From an uncultured Nitrososphaerota archaeon (GTDB taxonomy: Archaea > Thermoproteota > Nitrososphaeria > Conexivisphaerales > DTJL01): a stretch of DNA of 64,000 nt. Positions 10,535-25,289 of this stretch are shown piece after piece; positions within the stretch are counted from its first letter, which is position 1, and the number at the start of each line of letters is the position of its first letter. The notes below the pieces were generated by a model that saw only the letters and a program-made list of their open reading frames with translations, was not told the DNA's origin and searched no databases. The position numbers and the translations under genes are program-made. The DNA is taken from positions 352,706-416,705 of the forward strand of contig CAWJIE010000004.1 in NCBI GenBank assembly GCA_963842885.1, in the 5' to 3' direction.

Positions 10535-10993
10535 CTATTGCGTTTCTGTTTTCTTCTTCGTCTTCGTGGTCCGTGGTTTTCTAGGCTTAGTGCTCCTCAC
10601 TCTCTTCGCCGCAGGCTTGGGTTCGGGAACGGCGACTGATTCCATAACCCGTGCTACTGGCGCAGTTTCGATGACAGGTTCAGGAGCAGCTGCGGGCGTG
10701 GCAATTTCAGGTTTCTCGACCACCGGCTCTGCGTTCGGCATGGAAGCGACGGGAGCCTCTATTGGTTGAATCGGTTCGGGAGCAGGTTCACGTGATGGAG
10801 GTATAATCTCTTCTTTGATAGGCTCGGGGACCGGTTGCATAGCTGCAGCCGCCACGGGCACCGGTGTCGAAGCAGGCACAGCTCTCGCCGGTAGCGGCGC
10901 TGCCTTGGGCCTGCTTCTATATCCTAGCACCAGAGCCACTATGATTACGACCACAACCACGGCCACTATGACGACAAGTAGCCCAGAGTCCAA
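10535..10993 (-). CDS. Membrane-anchored Pro/Ala/Glu-rich protein with a basic C-terminus
   Basis: N-terminal TM helix, low-complexity PAE region and a K/R/T-rich tail. Confidence 0.7.
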   Translation of the reverse strand: MDSGLLVVIVAVVVVVIIVALVLGYRSRPKAAPLPARAVPASTPVPVAAAAMQPVPEPIKEEIIPPSREPAPEPIQPIEAPVASMPNAEPVVEKPEIATPAAAPEPVIETAPVARVMESVAVPEPKPAAKRVRSTKPRKPRTTKTKKKTETQ

Positions 10994-11180
10994 ATGAGCT
11001 TCGCAAGAAATTGAGGGTGGTCTTCGATATACCCCTTAGCGTCAACATCCGCTCACCAAGTGCTTGGCTAAGCTTGACAATCAGTCAAATCTCGTCTTTT
11101 CGGCCTCTTTCATTCAGATTCTATTCGCGCCCTCTCCACGAAAAGCTTTTACAACTAGCATCCTTGACGTCTAGTCCGAA

Positions 11181-11268
11181 GCGGGGGTCGCCCAGCCTGG
11201 TCAAAGGCGTGAGGCTCAGGACCTCATCTCGTAGGAGTTCGTGGGTTCGAATCCCACCCCCCGCACCA
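11181..11268 (+). tRNA. tRNA-Leu(CAG)
   Basis: GCGGGGG/CCCCCGC acceptor stem, TGAGG-CTCAGGA-CCTCA anticodon arm, long variable arm, GTTCGAATC and encoded CCA. Confidence 0.97.
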
Positions 11269-11364
11269 CCATTTGCACCGACAGCAATCTCTCGAATGGT
11301 GTCGCCACACATGAGCAGCTTCCCGTTGAGCTTTTAAGAAGGGACAAACCACAATCCGCGACTA

Positions 11365-11487
11365 ATGTCGATTCAATCCGTGACGATAACCATAATTGAA
11401 ATCATAATCCTCTTCGAGGCCGCAGTGGTGGTTTATGCGATAATCAGGGGCGCAATGAAGAGGCTCCTATCTCCTCCGGACGGTTGA
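11365..11487 (+). CDS. Small single-TM protein (40 aa)
   Basis: Hand translation MSIQSVTITIIEIIILFEAAVVVYAIIRGAMKRLLSPPDG*, with TTTTAAG about 28 nt upstream. Confidence 0.5.
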   Translation: MSIQSVTITIIEIIILFEAAVVVYAIIRGAMKRLLSPPDG

Positions 11488-11713
11488 CGGAGGTCATCCT
11501 GAAGCGAATCCCACGTCAACGGCTTAATATCTGTGGGACGTCTTTGGTTGGCTTCAGGCTCCCGGCATATATACCAGAATCAGACTTACCTTGAAGTCAA
11601 AAGGCGTCGATACGATCTGTTCTCTTTCGTCCTGGAGAAAGTGGCCTCCCGACTTGAGGCGTCATGCGATGCAACCCGCCAAACTCTATAAGCTCCTCGG
11701 TCGAACAATTTGA

Positions 11714-12970
11714 GTGACCTTGGAGAACAACGTCGTTCTTGTCCCCCTCGTATCAGTGCTCCATGATCCTGAGTCCGTCAAGGGCGTCTTGGATCACTAC
11801 ACCACTTGGCTGAAGGGCTCTTACGACATGAAGCTGCGTTCGGTCTCAGAAGCCGGAGCTCTGTATTCACTTGACTTGGGACATGCCGCGGGCATCTTGG
11901 CCTTAGTGGTCACTGGAGGCACCGAGAGGCTGATTCAATCCGCTGCCAGCTTTGGCCGCCCTCTCATGATTCTTGCGCACGAATCCATGAACAGTCTGCC
12001 GGCGGTCCTCGAGGCCCTACCCTCCCTCGACCAGTCTCACGGGACGGCAGTAGCGTTTGGCCGGAACGGCGTCGAACTCGCCAAGGTCAAACGGTTTGTA
12101 GCGGCGGCCAAAGCGCTTGACAGGATGAAGAGCCACAGGATAGGTCTTGTGGGCGGGCCGAGCTCCTGGCTGACTTACAGTCTGCCCGATGAGAAGAGCT
12201 TGGAGGGGCGTTTTGGCATGAAGGTCATGGTCATACCGATGGAGGAGTTCGATGGCGAATACAAAAGGGCACGCAAGCCCTTGGTCGCCAAGCTCGCCAA
12301 GGAAGCCCGCTCCAAGGCTCCATCGGTCGCCGAAATCAACGATGTGGATTTCGACAAGTCGGCTAGGATATTCGTCGCATTGAAGGAGCTCATAAAGAAG
12401 CACGAGTTGACATCGCTCAGCATTCGCTGCTTCGACTTTATCGGCAAATACAGGTCGACCGGCTGTTACGCCGTCTCCTTACTGAACGACCGCGGAGTGG
12501 TCGCGGGATGCGAAGGCGACATACCCGCCACCGTGGCCATGATAACTCTCTCTGAGGTAACAGGCAGCCCTACATTCTTGGCCAACCCGACATACGTCAG
12601 GGGTCATAAGCTCGTGCTTGCCCACTGCACCATAGCGCCCAAGCTCACCACGAAATACCGGTACCGTACCCATTTCGAGTCCGGGCTTGGCGTAGCCATA
12701 TCGGGCGCCCTCAAAGAGGGCGAGAGGGTCACGGTGGCCAGATACAACCGAGAATACAGCGTCCTGCGCGCGGGGGAGGGCAAGATAGTCAAGGGGGTTG
12801 CTTGGAGCGAGGAGCTGTGCCGGACCCAAGCTGAGATAGAGATGGACGGCGACGCCGAGACAATCAAAGATAATCCAATGGGAAACCACCTCGTCATGAC
12901 GTACGGGAATCATATCAATTTGTTGCGGGAATTGGCGTCGCTTGCCGGCATGCGATTCGAGGAAATCTGA
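11714..12970 (+). CDS. L-fucose/L-arabinose isomerase-like protein
   Basis: TGGTE, NSLPA, IRCFD, GCEGD, AHCT, THFESG, CRTQ and GNHLV motifs. Confidence 0.8.
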   Translation: MTLENNVVLVPLVSVLHDPESVKGVLDHYTTWLKGSYDMKLRSVSEAGALYSLDLGHAAGILALVVTGGTERLIQSAASFGRPLMILAHESMNSLPAVLEALPSLDQSHGTAVAFGRNGVELAKVKRFVAAAKALDRMKSHRIGLVGGPSSWLTYSLPDEKSLEGRFGMKVMVIPMEEFDGEYKRARKPLVAKLAKEARSKAPSVAEINDVDFDKSARIFVALKELIKKHELTSLSIRCFDFIGKYRSTGCYAVSLLNDRGVVAGCEGDIPATVAMITLSEVTGSPTFLANPTYVRGHKLVLAHCTIAPKLTTKYRYRTHFESGLGVAISGALKEGERVTVARYNREYSVLRAGEGKIVKGVAWSEELCRTQAEIEMDGDAETIKDNPMGNHLVMTYGNHINLLRELASLAGMRFEEI

Positions 12971-13029
12971 ATCAACAGGCCATCTAGCACTCTTTAAATA
13001 AAGAGTGACGGGGCATGAGGGCTTGAGCT

Positions 13030-13157
13030 GCCGGGGTGGCGGAGTGGCTGCGGCTAAAGGCCGTCACAGAACGCGTCAGCCTCGAGATCTCAACGAAAGT
13101 GGCTAGACAGCTGATGGGCCTTCACGGCCCTCATGGGTTCAAGTCCCATCCCCGGCG
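13030..13157 (+). tRNA. tRNA-Ser(CGA) with two introns (D-loop about 20a/21, and canonical 37/38)
   Basis: GCCGGGG/CCCCGGC acceptor, TCAGC-CTCGAG^A-GCTGA anticodon arm and long variable arm GGGCC/GGCCC. The inserts are 20 nt (GCGGCTAAAGGCCGTCACAG) and 22 nt. Confidence 0.92.
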
Positions 13158-13202
13158 CTCCTTTCTTTTTACCGGAGTGCTTTAGATTCGAAATTTGAAG
13201 CG

Positions 13203-14789
13203 CTACACTGGCACGTTCCCATGCTTGCGCAGCTGGTCCCCCACCATCCTACTGCGTCTGGGGAGGAGCGCCTCCAACGCCCTGATGAGTGTCGGCCGGG
13301 TCTGCGCAGGTTCAACAATCTGATCCACGTAGCCTTTGGAGGCTGCGTAGTATGGGTTGCCGAAACGCTTCCTGTAATCATCGACGAACGCCTTCAGCAC
13401 CCTATCTCTTTCCTCCGGGGTCTTCGCCTCTGTCAACTCCTTCCTGGCCAGCACCTCTGCGGCACCTTCGGCACCCATGACGGCAATCTCAGCCGTCGGC
13501 CAAGCCGCTACGAAGTCTGCCCCCAGATGCTTGCTACTCATGGCGATATACGCTCCGCCGTAGGCCTTTCGTATCTCAAGAGTCATCTTGGGGACCGTCG
13601 ACCTGGAATAGGCGTACAATATCTTCGCCCCATGCCTTATGATGCCACCATGTTCCATCCTGGTCCCAGGCATGAACCCGGGCACGTCCACCAACGTCAC
13701 CAGAGGTATACCGAACGCGTCGCAGAACATCACAAACCTAGAGATTTTGTCCGACGCATCGATGTCTATGACGCCAGCCAACGAATTCGGCTGGTTCGCG
13801 ATTACACCCACCACGTGCCCGTGAAGCCTAGCGAATCCCGTTATGGCCGACTTGGCCCATCCACGCTTGATTTCAAAGAAAGATTCCTTGTCGAATACCT
13901 CATCAATCACGGAGTACATGTTGAATGACCTGTATGGCTCGGTGGGCACCACTGCGTTCAGCTCCAACGACACCCTGTTCGGATCGTCGCCCATGTCTAG
14001 ATATGGCGGGTCCTGGAGGTTATTCTGCGGAAGGTAGCTCAGGAGCTTGCGAATTATCCTCACAGCATCAGCGTCGTTCTCCGCCACGAAATCGGCGACG
14101 CCGCTCTTGGTGAAATGAGCTTCGGCGCCTCCCAGCTTGAACTCGTCGGTGTCCTCGCCCGTGGTGGCCTTGACGACCTTGGGACCTGTAATGAACATGA
14201 ACCCGGACTTCTTCACCATGATGATGAAATCCATCAGTGCGGGAGAATAGACGGCGCCGCCTGCGCAGGGGCCCATTATGACCGCGATCTGCGGAACGAC
14301 GCCGGAGGCCCTCGTATTCATATAGAAGATATCTCCATAACCTTTCAAGGCGTCCACGCCCTCCTGTATCCTCGCCCCACCCGAATCGTTCATGAACACC
14401 ACCGGCACGCCCAGCTTGATGGCTTCATCGATGGCCTTGGCAGCTTTTGTGGCATTGATTTCGCCCAGGGATCCTCCGAGGAAGGTGAAATCCTGAGCTA
14501 TGACGACCAGGTCCCGTGCGTTTGCCTTCCCAAGACCAGTCACGACACCGTCTCCAAAGGCCCTCTTCTTCTCCATGCCAAAATCGATGGAATGATGCTC
14601 TGCGAACATGCCGAACTCAAGTAACGTGCCCGGGTCAAGAAGCATGTCAATCCTCTCTCTGGCGGTGGACTTCCCCCTCTGATGCTGCTTATCTATCTCC
14701 TCGGTCCCTCCCCCCAGCTTAGCCTTCTCTATCATCGATTTCAGCTGGGCGAGAGGATCCTCTCTGGCCTCATCCTTCTCCATGGGCAT
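13203..14789 (-). CDS. Acyl-CoA carboxylase carboxyltransferase (beta) subunit, PccB-like
   Basis: DSGGARIQEG, GPCAGGAVY, DVPGFMPG, RKAYGGAY and C-terminal KHGNVPV. Confidence 0.93.
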   Translation of the reverse strand: MPMEKDEAREDPLAQLKSMIEKAKLGGGTEEIDKQHQRGKSTARERIDMLLDPGTLLEFGMFAEHHSIDFGMEKKRAFGDGVVTGLGKANARDLVVIAQDFTFLGGSLGEINATKAAKAIDEAIKLGVPVVFMNDSGGARIQEGVDALKGYGDIFYMNTRASGVVPQIAVIMGPCAGGAVYSPALMDFIIMVKKSGFMFITGPKVVKATTGEDTDEFKLGGAEAHFTKSGVADFVAENDADAVRIIRKLLSYLPQNNLQDPPYLDMGDDPNRVSLELNAVVPTEPYRSFNMYSVIDEVFDKESFFEIKRGWAKSAITGFARLHGHVVGVIANQPNSLAGVIDIDASDKISRFVMFCDAFGIPLVTLVDVPGFMPGTRMEHGGIIRHGAKILYAYSRSTVPKMTLEIRKAYGGAYIAMSSKHLGADFVAAWPTAEIAVMGAEGAAEVLARKELTEAKTPEERDRVLKAFVDDYRKRFGNPYYAASKGYVDQIVEPAQTRPTLIRALEALLPRRSRMVGDQLRKHGNVPV

Positions 14790-15343
14790 CCACCTTTGCC
14801 GCGCATCCGAGCTGTATTAATAATTTATGTATGAAGGAGCGGTGCTATTGACCAATAAATAGTGAAAGTCCTAGTCCAGTAGGAGCGCGACTAGCCGGGT
14901 CTTCGACTCAAGCAGGACGCATTAGTCATGCCGTCGGACGGTAAGGCTTTCAAGACCATCCGTCGGCGACGACCCTTACTCAGGTGTCATGCTCACAAAT
15001 TCCTCTCCTCAATCGGCGACCGTGTAATCTACGCATATGATTATTCGTTTCTTTCATCCTTCATAGTGCAAACTTTGCATGGTTTTAGGCGTGTTCTGCC
15101 TTCAACCCATCAATTTCTCTGTTTCCTTGAGAAGGCAACCCGCTAAAAGCTTATATCGCCCCCACTCATGGGCTATGTTTCGCACGTTGTAATTGGCGGC
15201 GTTGTCGCCGAGGCGGGCCTAGCCCGACTGTGAATCGACAACCTCCTGATGTGCGTACAAAATGAGGGTTCAACCCTTATAGGATTGAATCTGAGCATTT
15301 GAGTTGCGTGCTTCTCGCAATAGCCAATAGCGTCGTTCTCCCG

Positions 15344-16843
<1,500 letters not shown>

Positions 16844-17040
16844 ACGAAACAAGGAGGAGTGTACGGCGCTATTGGCTGCGAAGAAAAGCCTGCAACTCAT
16901 TTGCTCTGTTAAGATGCAACTCGGCATCAGCCATGATGTCGGGTGAAGGGCGTAGCGGAAGGCCCTCAGGGTCTGTCCGCGATTAACGCCGTGTATAGGA
17001 ACGCGCAAGCCTTAATGTATTGCTCCCGATGGGCGTAACG

Positions 17041-20090
<3,050 letters not shown>

Positions 20091-20228
20091 CATCATATGA
20101 GGGCGATACATAAGGGCGCAATTTTCCTATACATGGCGTTCGCCGTTCTTAACATCATTTCATATTGACCAGCCCCGAGCTTGGACGTCTCTCTTGTCTT
20201 TGCACATGACGACCCTTCGCCTAGTCCA

Positions 20229-20546
20229 CTACGGGCGCAGATGCCGCCAATTGCGCGCGGAGAGGTAAAAGATCCACCCCTTCGCGACGAGTGCAAGGAC
20301 CGGGGTGGCTCGATTCGTTTCGGCAGACCTGCAGAGGGCAGCCCTTTCTATCGTGCTGAGCTTCTGGACGAAGGTCACAGGCCTGCGGGTGGCCTTCACC
20401 TGCACCAACCAAGCGCGACGACGCTTGACCGCCTTCATGTCGTAAGGGCCTCGGCTACCTGGCGACATCACAACGGACCACCCGCTTGCCCGAAGAGATT
20501 CGGCGACCTTCCTCTCCATGTCGCGGCCGTATTCGAAGTCCCACAA
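20229..20546 (-). CDS. Hjc-like PD-(D/E)xK nuclease
   Basis: GRDMERKVAESLRASGW...SPGSRGPYD...LVQVKAT pattern. Confidence 0.7.
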   Translation of the reverse strand: MWDFEYGRDMERKVAESLRASGWSVVMSPGSRGPYDMKAVKRRRAWLVQVKATRRPVTFVQKLSTIERAALCRSAETNRATPVLALVAKGWIFYLSARNWRHLRP

Positions 20547-20577
20547 CGGGCCGTTCGCCAGCCGGGTGGGCTGTCCC

Positions 20578-20931
20578 CTACTCCGGTTCTAGCCAGAACA
20601 CGTTCCCGTCGAGGTCCTTGAACATGGCGTAGGGTCCCCAGCCGTCGTCCTTTGGTTTCTTGGTGAACTCCACGCCTTTCTTGGTCAATTCCTCGTACGT
20701 CTTGTTCAGGTCATCCACCCGGAACAGGATGCCCGTATTCCCCTCCTCTGGAGGGGTCGTCTTGCACAGGTGCAGCACTGGACCCTTGGACCCCCTGGGG
20801 GCGACAGCCACCCAGTGGCCCTCTTCTGCAACGACCTCGAACCCCAGCTTCTCCTCGTACCACTTCTTGGCTTTGGCGGCGTCGCTGACGACGACTGCCA
20901 TGGAGCCGATACCCTTGATCATGCCAATCAT
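20578..20931 (-). CDS. VOC/glyoxalase family protein
   Basis: VVVSD..KAKKWYEEKLGF and WGPYAMFKDLDGNVF. Confidence 0.9.
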   Translation of the reverse strand: MIGMIKGIGSMAVVVSDAAKAKKWYEEKLGFEVVAEEGHWVAVAPRGSKGPVLHLCKTTPPEEGNTGILFRVDDLNKTYEELTKKGVEFTKKPKDDGWGPYAMFKDLDGNVFWLEPE

Positions 20932-21079
20932 CTGCTCTTCCTCACCGGGCCAGATAAAAACCCATTGTCAGCCTCTCCTCCCGCGCGCACAAAGACCCAA
21001 GGTCCACAGGTCAGCTAACTGGCCGGCCCAGCGATGCCATCGTTAATAAGGCGGCCCTATGCCGATTCACGCCTAGGGC

Positions 21080-21955
21080 TTGCAGGTTCAACTCAGCGAC
21101 AAGCGTCTTCAGGGATACATCTTCGCCTTTCTGGCGGCCCTAGGCTATGGCTCGTCCTCTACGCTGGGCAAGTTCGCCCTGGGCTCGGGCAGTCCAATAC
21201 TCATAGCCTCTTTCGGTGCCACAGTCGGCGGCCTCATCCTCTTCCCCTACAGGCCCACGGCCGGGATTGACCGCAGGAGCCTCCCGCTGTTCGCCTTGGT
21301 CACCCTGTGCGGGGCCATCATCGGGCCCCTCCTCTTCTACAGCGGCCTCAGGCTGACCTCTGCTGTGAGCGCGGCCCTCCTCTCCAACGGCGAGCTCCTG
21401 TTCACTTCAATCATAGCGATAGTGATCTTCAAGGAGTCTCTCAGCCGCCGCCAGTACTTCGCCAGCCTGCTGGTGGTGGCAGGCATCGTAGCCATCTCCA
21501 CCAACCTCAATCTGGGGGCCGTGTCCCTCCTGGGCAACCTCGCCGGCAGCCTCTGCGTCCTCGGGGCGATGTTATCTTGGAGCATAGAAAACAACCTCGT
21601 CCGGAAGCTGAGCCAACGCGTGGACCCCATAGTGATGGCCAAGTGGAGGAACTTCGGCGGTGGCCTCGCGCTGTTGGCGTTCATCCTGATTTCAGGGCAG
21701 GGCATCTCTGTTGAGGCCTCCACCATCCCTTACATCGTGCTCATCGGGATAATCCCTGTCGGCCTCACCACGGTCTTCCTCTTCCTCGCCCTCAGCAGGA
21801 TCGGGGCGGTCAGGACCCTCTTGATATTCTCCACCGGCTCCCTCTTCGGGACCCTCTACGCCCACATCCTTCTCGGAGAGCCCATCACATGGGTCCAGGC
21901 GGTCGGAGGGGCCATCCTATTCGCCGGGATAATCCTGGTCAGTCGCAGCGAGTGA
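21080..21955 (+). CDS. EamA/DMT family transporter
   Basis: About 10 TM helices in two repeats, with IFKESLS and LLGEPIT motifs. Confidence 0.9.
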   Translation: MQVQLSDKRLQGYIFAFLAALGYGSSSTLGKFALGSGSPILIASFGATVGGLILFPYRPTAGIDRRSLPLFALVTLCGAIIGPLLFYSGLRLTSAVSAALLSNGELLFTSIIAIVIFKESLSRRQYFASLLVVAGIVAISTNLNLGAVSLLGNLAGSLCVLGAMLSWSIENNLVRKLSQRVDPIVMAKWRNFGGGLALLAFILISGQGISVEASTIPYIVLIGIIPVGLTTVFLFLALSRIGAVRTLLIFSTGSLFGTLYAHILLGEPITWVQAVGGAILFAGIILVSRSE

Positions 21956-22017
21956 GGCCCTGCAGGCAAGATGGAGGCAACCCTTTATTATCGGCCCGGG
22001 CTCCCCCTTCAAGATTC

Positions 22018-22470
22018 ATGAAGATAGTCTTCGTCTGCTCGGCCAACACCTGCCGAAGCCCCATGGCCGAGGGTTTCGCCAGGAGGCTCCTGAGCGGCAA
22101 CGGCGTCTCCGGCGTCACGGTGGATTCCGCTGGGCTCGACGCCTTCGAAGGCGCGCCCCCCACCGAGGAGGCGATTGAAGTGATGAAGGCAAGAGGGGTG
22201 GACATCACGTCTCACAGATCCAAGCGATTCAGCTCGAACTTGGGAGAGGATGGCATGGTGCTCACGATGACGAAGTCACAGAAGGAGAGGATGCTGGCAG
22301 AGCACCCGGCCCTCGCCGGCAGGGTCTTCATGTTGGATGAATACGCCAGGAACACGCCCGAGGACATACCTGATCCCTTCAAGGGTCAGGTGGGCTACGA
22401 AGAGGCGGCAGACCACATCGAGTCCTCCGTGAAGCTGGTCTTGGGCCTGTCTTCAGAACATAGGAAATAG
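22018..22470 (+). CDS. Low-molecular-weight protein phosphatase (LMW-PTP/YwlE-like)
   Basis: MKIVFVCSANTCRSPMAE P-loop, SAG and DIPDPF. Start taken at ATG 22018. Confidence 0.88.
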   Translation: MKIVFVCSANTCRSPMAEGFARRLLSGNGVSGVTVDSAGLDAFEGAPPTEEAIEVMKARGVDITSHRSKRFSSNLGEDGMVLTMTKSQKERMLAEHPALAGRVFMLDEYARNTPEDIPDPFKGQVGYEEAADHIESSVKLVLGLSSEHRK

Positions 22471-22531
22471 CAGTTCAAGTTGGATTTCTTGAAACTGTTT
22501 TAAGCTGCGAGGCCGCCGTCAGCCCCGTTCC

Positions 22532-24616
22532 TTGGCGAAGGACCCAGTCTGCGGCATGTACGTGGACGAATCAACGGCCGAGCTCAAGGCTACCGTGAGG
22601 GGCACCACCTACTACTTCTGCAGCGAGACATGCCTGCAGCAGTTCGTCGCCCCGGAGAGGGCGCTCCGGACCCTGAAGCTCTCCTTGACCGTGTCGGCAG
22701 TCCTCGCCGTGCCCATCCTGCTCATTACGTACGTCACCCTGCTTCCGATGCATCTGGCTAACTACGTCCTCCTGGCCCTCGACACGCCTGTGCAGTTCAT
22801 AGTGGGCTGGCGGTTCTACAGGGGGACCTACGACAGCGTCAGAAACAGGATGGGCAACATGGACGTGCTCATAGCGTTGGGCACCACGGCAGCTTGGGCG
22901 TACTCCGCCGTCGTCACGGTCTTCCCCAGCACGGCCCCATCGTCCAACACGTACTACGACACATCGGCCGTCATCATCACCCTGATCTTGGCAGGCAACT
23001 ACCTGGAGCACGTCACAAAGGCCAGGGCATCCGACGCCGTGAGGAAGCTCATGGACCTCCAGCCCACCATGGCACGGAGGCTGAGAGGGGACGTCGAGGA
23101 GGAGGTGCCCGTCGAGCAGGTGGAGGTGGGCGATGTCCTCCTGGTGAAGCCGGGCGAGAAGGTCCCCGTGGACGGTGTCGTCCTCCAAGGCCCCTCCACG
23201 GTGGACGAATCCGCCGTGACTGGAGAGAGCATCCCTGTCGAGAAGGGCGAGGGCGACAAGGTCATCGGTGCCACGGTGAACAGGACGGGCCTGCTGAAGA
23301 TGAGGGCCGAGAACGTCGGACAGGACACGACGCTGGCTCAGATAGTCAGGCTCGTGGAGGAGGCCCAGATAGGCCGGGCGCCCATACAACGCCTCGCCGA
23401 TCGGATAGCCGCCTACTTCGTTCCGGTCGTGGTCTCGATCGCTGTCCTCGCCGGCCTCTCCTGGTTCTACCTTGGGCAGGTCGGGCTCAACTTCGCCGTC
23501 CTCATCTTCGTCTCCTGCGTCGTCATAGCGTGCCCCTGCGCCCTGGGCATAGCCACGCCTGCAGCCCTCTTAGTGGGGACGAGCAAGGGAGCCCAGAACG
23601 GCATCCTGATCAAGGGAGGTGAGAACCTTGAACGGGCTGGCAAGGTCGACGCGGTGGTCTTCGACAAGACGGGGACCCTGACCATCGGGAAGCCTTCCGT
23701 GACCGACGTCATACCTCTTGCGGGCTACGATGCCGACACGGTCTTGAGGATCGCGGCCTCGGTGGAGAGGGCTTCAGAACACCCCCTGGCCGAGGCGATA
23801 GTGACAGAGTCGTCTTCTAGGACCCTCCAGCCTCTCGAGGCCAAGGGCTTCGAGGCGGTGGCAGGCAGCGGCGTCAAGGCCGAAGTGGACGGCAGGAAGG
23901 TCGTCCTGGGGAACAGGAAGATGTTCGCGGGATTCGGGGAGCTGGCCGCCGTGGAGTCGAAGCTTGATGAGCTCGAGACGCAGGGGAAGACGGCCATGAT
24001 CCTGTCGGTAGACGGCAAGATCGCGGGCCTCATCGGGGTAGCCGACACCCTCAAGCCATCAGCCAGGGACGCCGTTCGCGCCCTGAAGAAGCTCGGGGTC
24101 AGCGTCGTCATGCTGACGGGTGACAATGCGAAAGTGGCTGCCGCGATTTCAAGGGAGGCCGGCATAGATCGCTACATCGCGGACGTCCTCCCGCAGCAGA
24201 AGGAGGAGGCCATAGAGTCCCTTCAGAGGGAGGGCCTCGTGGTGGCCATGGTGGGCGACGGCATCAACGACGCCCCGGCCCTGGCCAGGGCCGACGTGGG
24301 CATCGCAATCGGCAGCGGAACAGACATCGCGAAGGAGACGGGAGGCATCGTGCTCATCAGGGACGACCTGAGGGACGTAGCCACGGCCATCAGGCTCAGC
24401 AGGAAGACCCTCGCGAAGATCAGGCAGAACCTGTTCTGGGCGTTCGCCTACAACGCCGTGCTGATACCCGTCGCCGCCGGAGCCCTCGTGCCGCTCTTCG
24501 GCATCGAGATGTACAACATCCTTCCGTTCCTGGCGGCCGGGGCGATGGCCGTGAGCTCCGTGACGGTGGTGGGCAACTCCCTGACGCTCTTCAGGTTCAA
24601 GGCGGCCGGAGGGTGA
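22532..24616 (+). CDS. copA: Cu(I)-translocating P1B-ATPase with N-terminal YHS/TRASH domain
   Basis: [38 protein letters not shown] and MAVSS. Confidence 0.92.
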   Translation: MAKDPVCGMYVDESTAELKATVRGTTYYFCSETCLQQFVAPERALRTLKLSLTVSAVLAVPILLITYVTLLPMHLANYVLLALDTPVQFIVGWRFYRGTYDSVRNRMGNMDVLIALGTTAAWAYSAVVTVFPSTAPSSNTYYDTSAVIITLILAGNYLEHVTKARASDAVRKLMDLQPTMARRLRGDVEEEVPVEQVEVGDVLLVKPGEKVPVDGVVLQGPSTVDESAVTGESIPVEKGEGDKVIGATVNRTGLLKMRAENVGQDTTLAQIVRLVEEAQIGRAPIQRLADRIAAYFVPVVVSIAVLAGLSWFYLGQVGLNFAVLIFVSCVVIACPCALGIATPAALLVGTSKGAQNGILIKGGENLERAGKVDAVVFDKTGTLTIGKPSVTDVIPLAGYDADTVLRIAASVERASEHPLAEAIVTESSSRTLQPLEAKGFEAVAGSGVKAEVDGRKVVLGNRKMFAGFGELAAVESKLDELETQGKTAMILSVDGKIAGLIGVADTLKPSARDAVRALKKLGVSVVMLTGDNAKVAAAISREAGIDRYIADVLPQQKEEAIESLQREGLVVAMVGDGINDAPALARADVGIAIGSGTDIAKETGGIVLIRDDLRDVATAIRLSRKTLAKIRQNLFWAFAYNAVLIPVAAGALVPLFGIEMYNILPFLAAGAMAVSSVTVVGNSLTLFRFKAAGG

Positions 24617-24622
24617 GGTAAC

Positions 24623-24868
24623 ATGAACGATCCTCCCGACGCCAGCTCCAGGGCGGTCTTCCTGGTCAGGGAAGTCAGCTGCTCCGCCTGCGGCCTGGCG
24701 ATAGAGAAGCAGGTGAAGAAACTGGAAGGCGTAAAGGACGTCAGGACGGCGGTGATGTTGAACAAGGTCTTCGTAGACTTCGACCCCTCGAAGGTCGGCT
24801 TGGATGAAATCAAGAAGGCCGTGGACAGGACGGGCTACGGCGCCTACATGACCCTGACGGAGCGCTGA
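24623..24868 (+). CDS. HMA-domain metallochaperone
   Basis: SCSAC motif, ferredoxin-like length and position directly after copA. Confidence 0.85.
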   Translation: MNDPPDASSRAVFLVREVSCSACGLAIEKQVKKLEGVKDVRTAVMLNKVFVDFDPSKVGLDEIKKAVDRTGYGAYMTLTER

Positions 24869-24885
24869 ACCGAAGCTGGGCTCGC

Positions 24886-25221
24886 TCAGACCGGCAGGTT
24901 GACCTTCCCATCGTACTTCTTGATGCCGCCAAGCTCTATTTGCTTGATGACCTGCTGCGACCTGATCTTCCCCACATAGGACGACATGGCCTTGGCGTTG
25001 CCCTCGCCGTCGACGAGGGCGACCATGACCGTGCCGGGGTTTATTTCGACCACGGCGTAGAGGTTCTCCTCGCCCACCGGCTCGAAGCCGTCCTTCGTAC
25101 TCTTGAGGAATATGGCGGCTCTCGCGAACCCCGTGTACTTCGCCAGAAGCTTCTCGGCATCGTCGCTTCTCTTCTGGCCGATCTGGGTGGCCTCGAAATA
25201 CTGCACGAACTCTACCTCCAA
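24886..25221 (-). CDS. Hypothetical protein
   Basis: 111-aa ORF with coding-like composition, convergent with the cop operon. Confidence 0.6.
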   Translation of the reverse strand: MEVEFVQYFEATQIGQKRSDDAEKLLAKYTGFARAAIFLKSTKDGFEPVGEENLYAVVEINPGTVMVALVDGEGNAKAMSSYVGKIRSQQVIKQIELGGIKKYDGKVNLPV

Positions 25222-25289
25222 GGAGCTCTGATATTTATCCTACGGAGATTCCGAAGGAATATGACCCCGCATGGCGGGGGCTCGGCCCG

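Noticed and set aside
11011-11337. ORFs 11011..11337 and 11121..11312
   Set aside because: They overlap tRNA-Leu and are translations of the tRNA.
16844-17040. tRNA in the rRNA spacer, or rRNA introns
   Set aside because: No cloverleaf is present in the spacer, which is explained by processing stems. The 16S and 23S lengths leave no room for sizeable introns.
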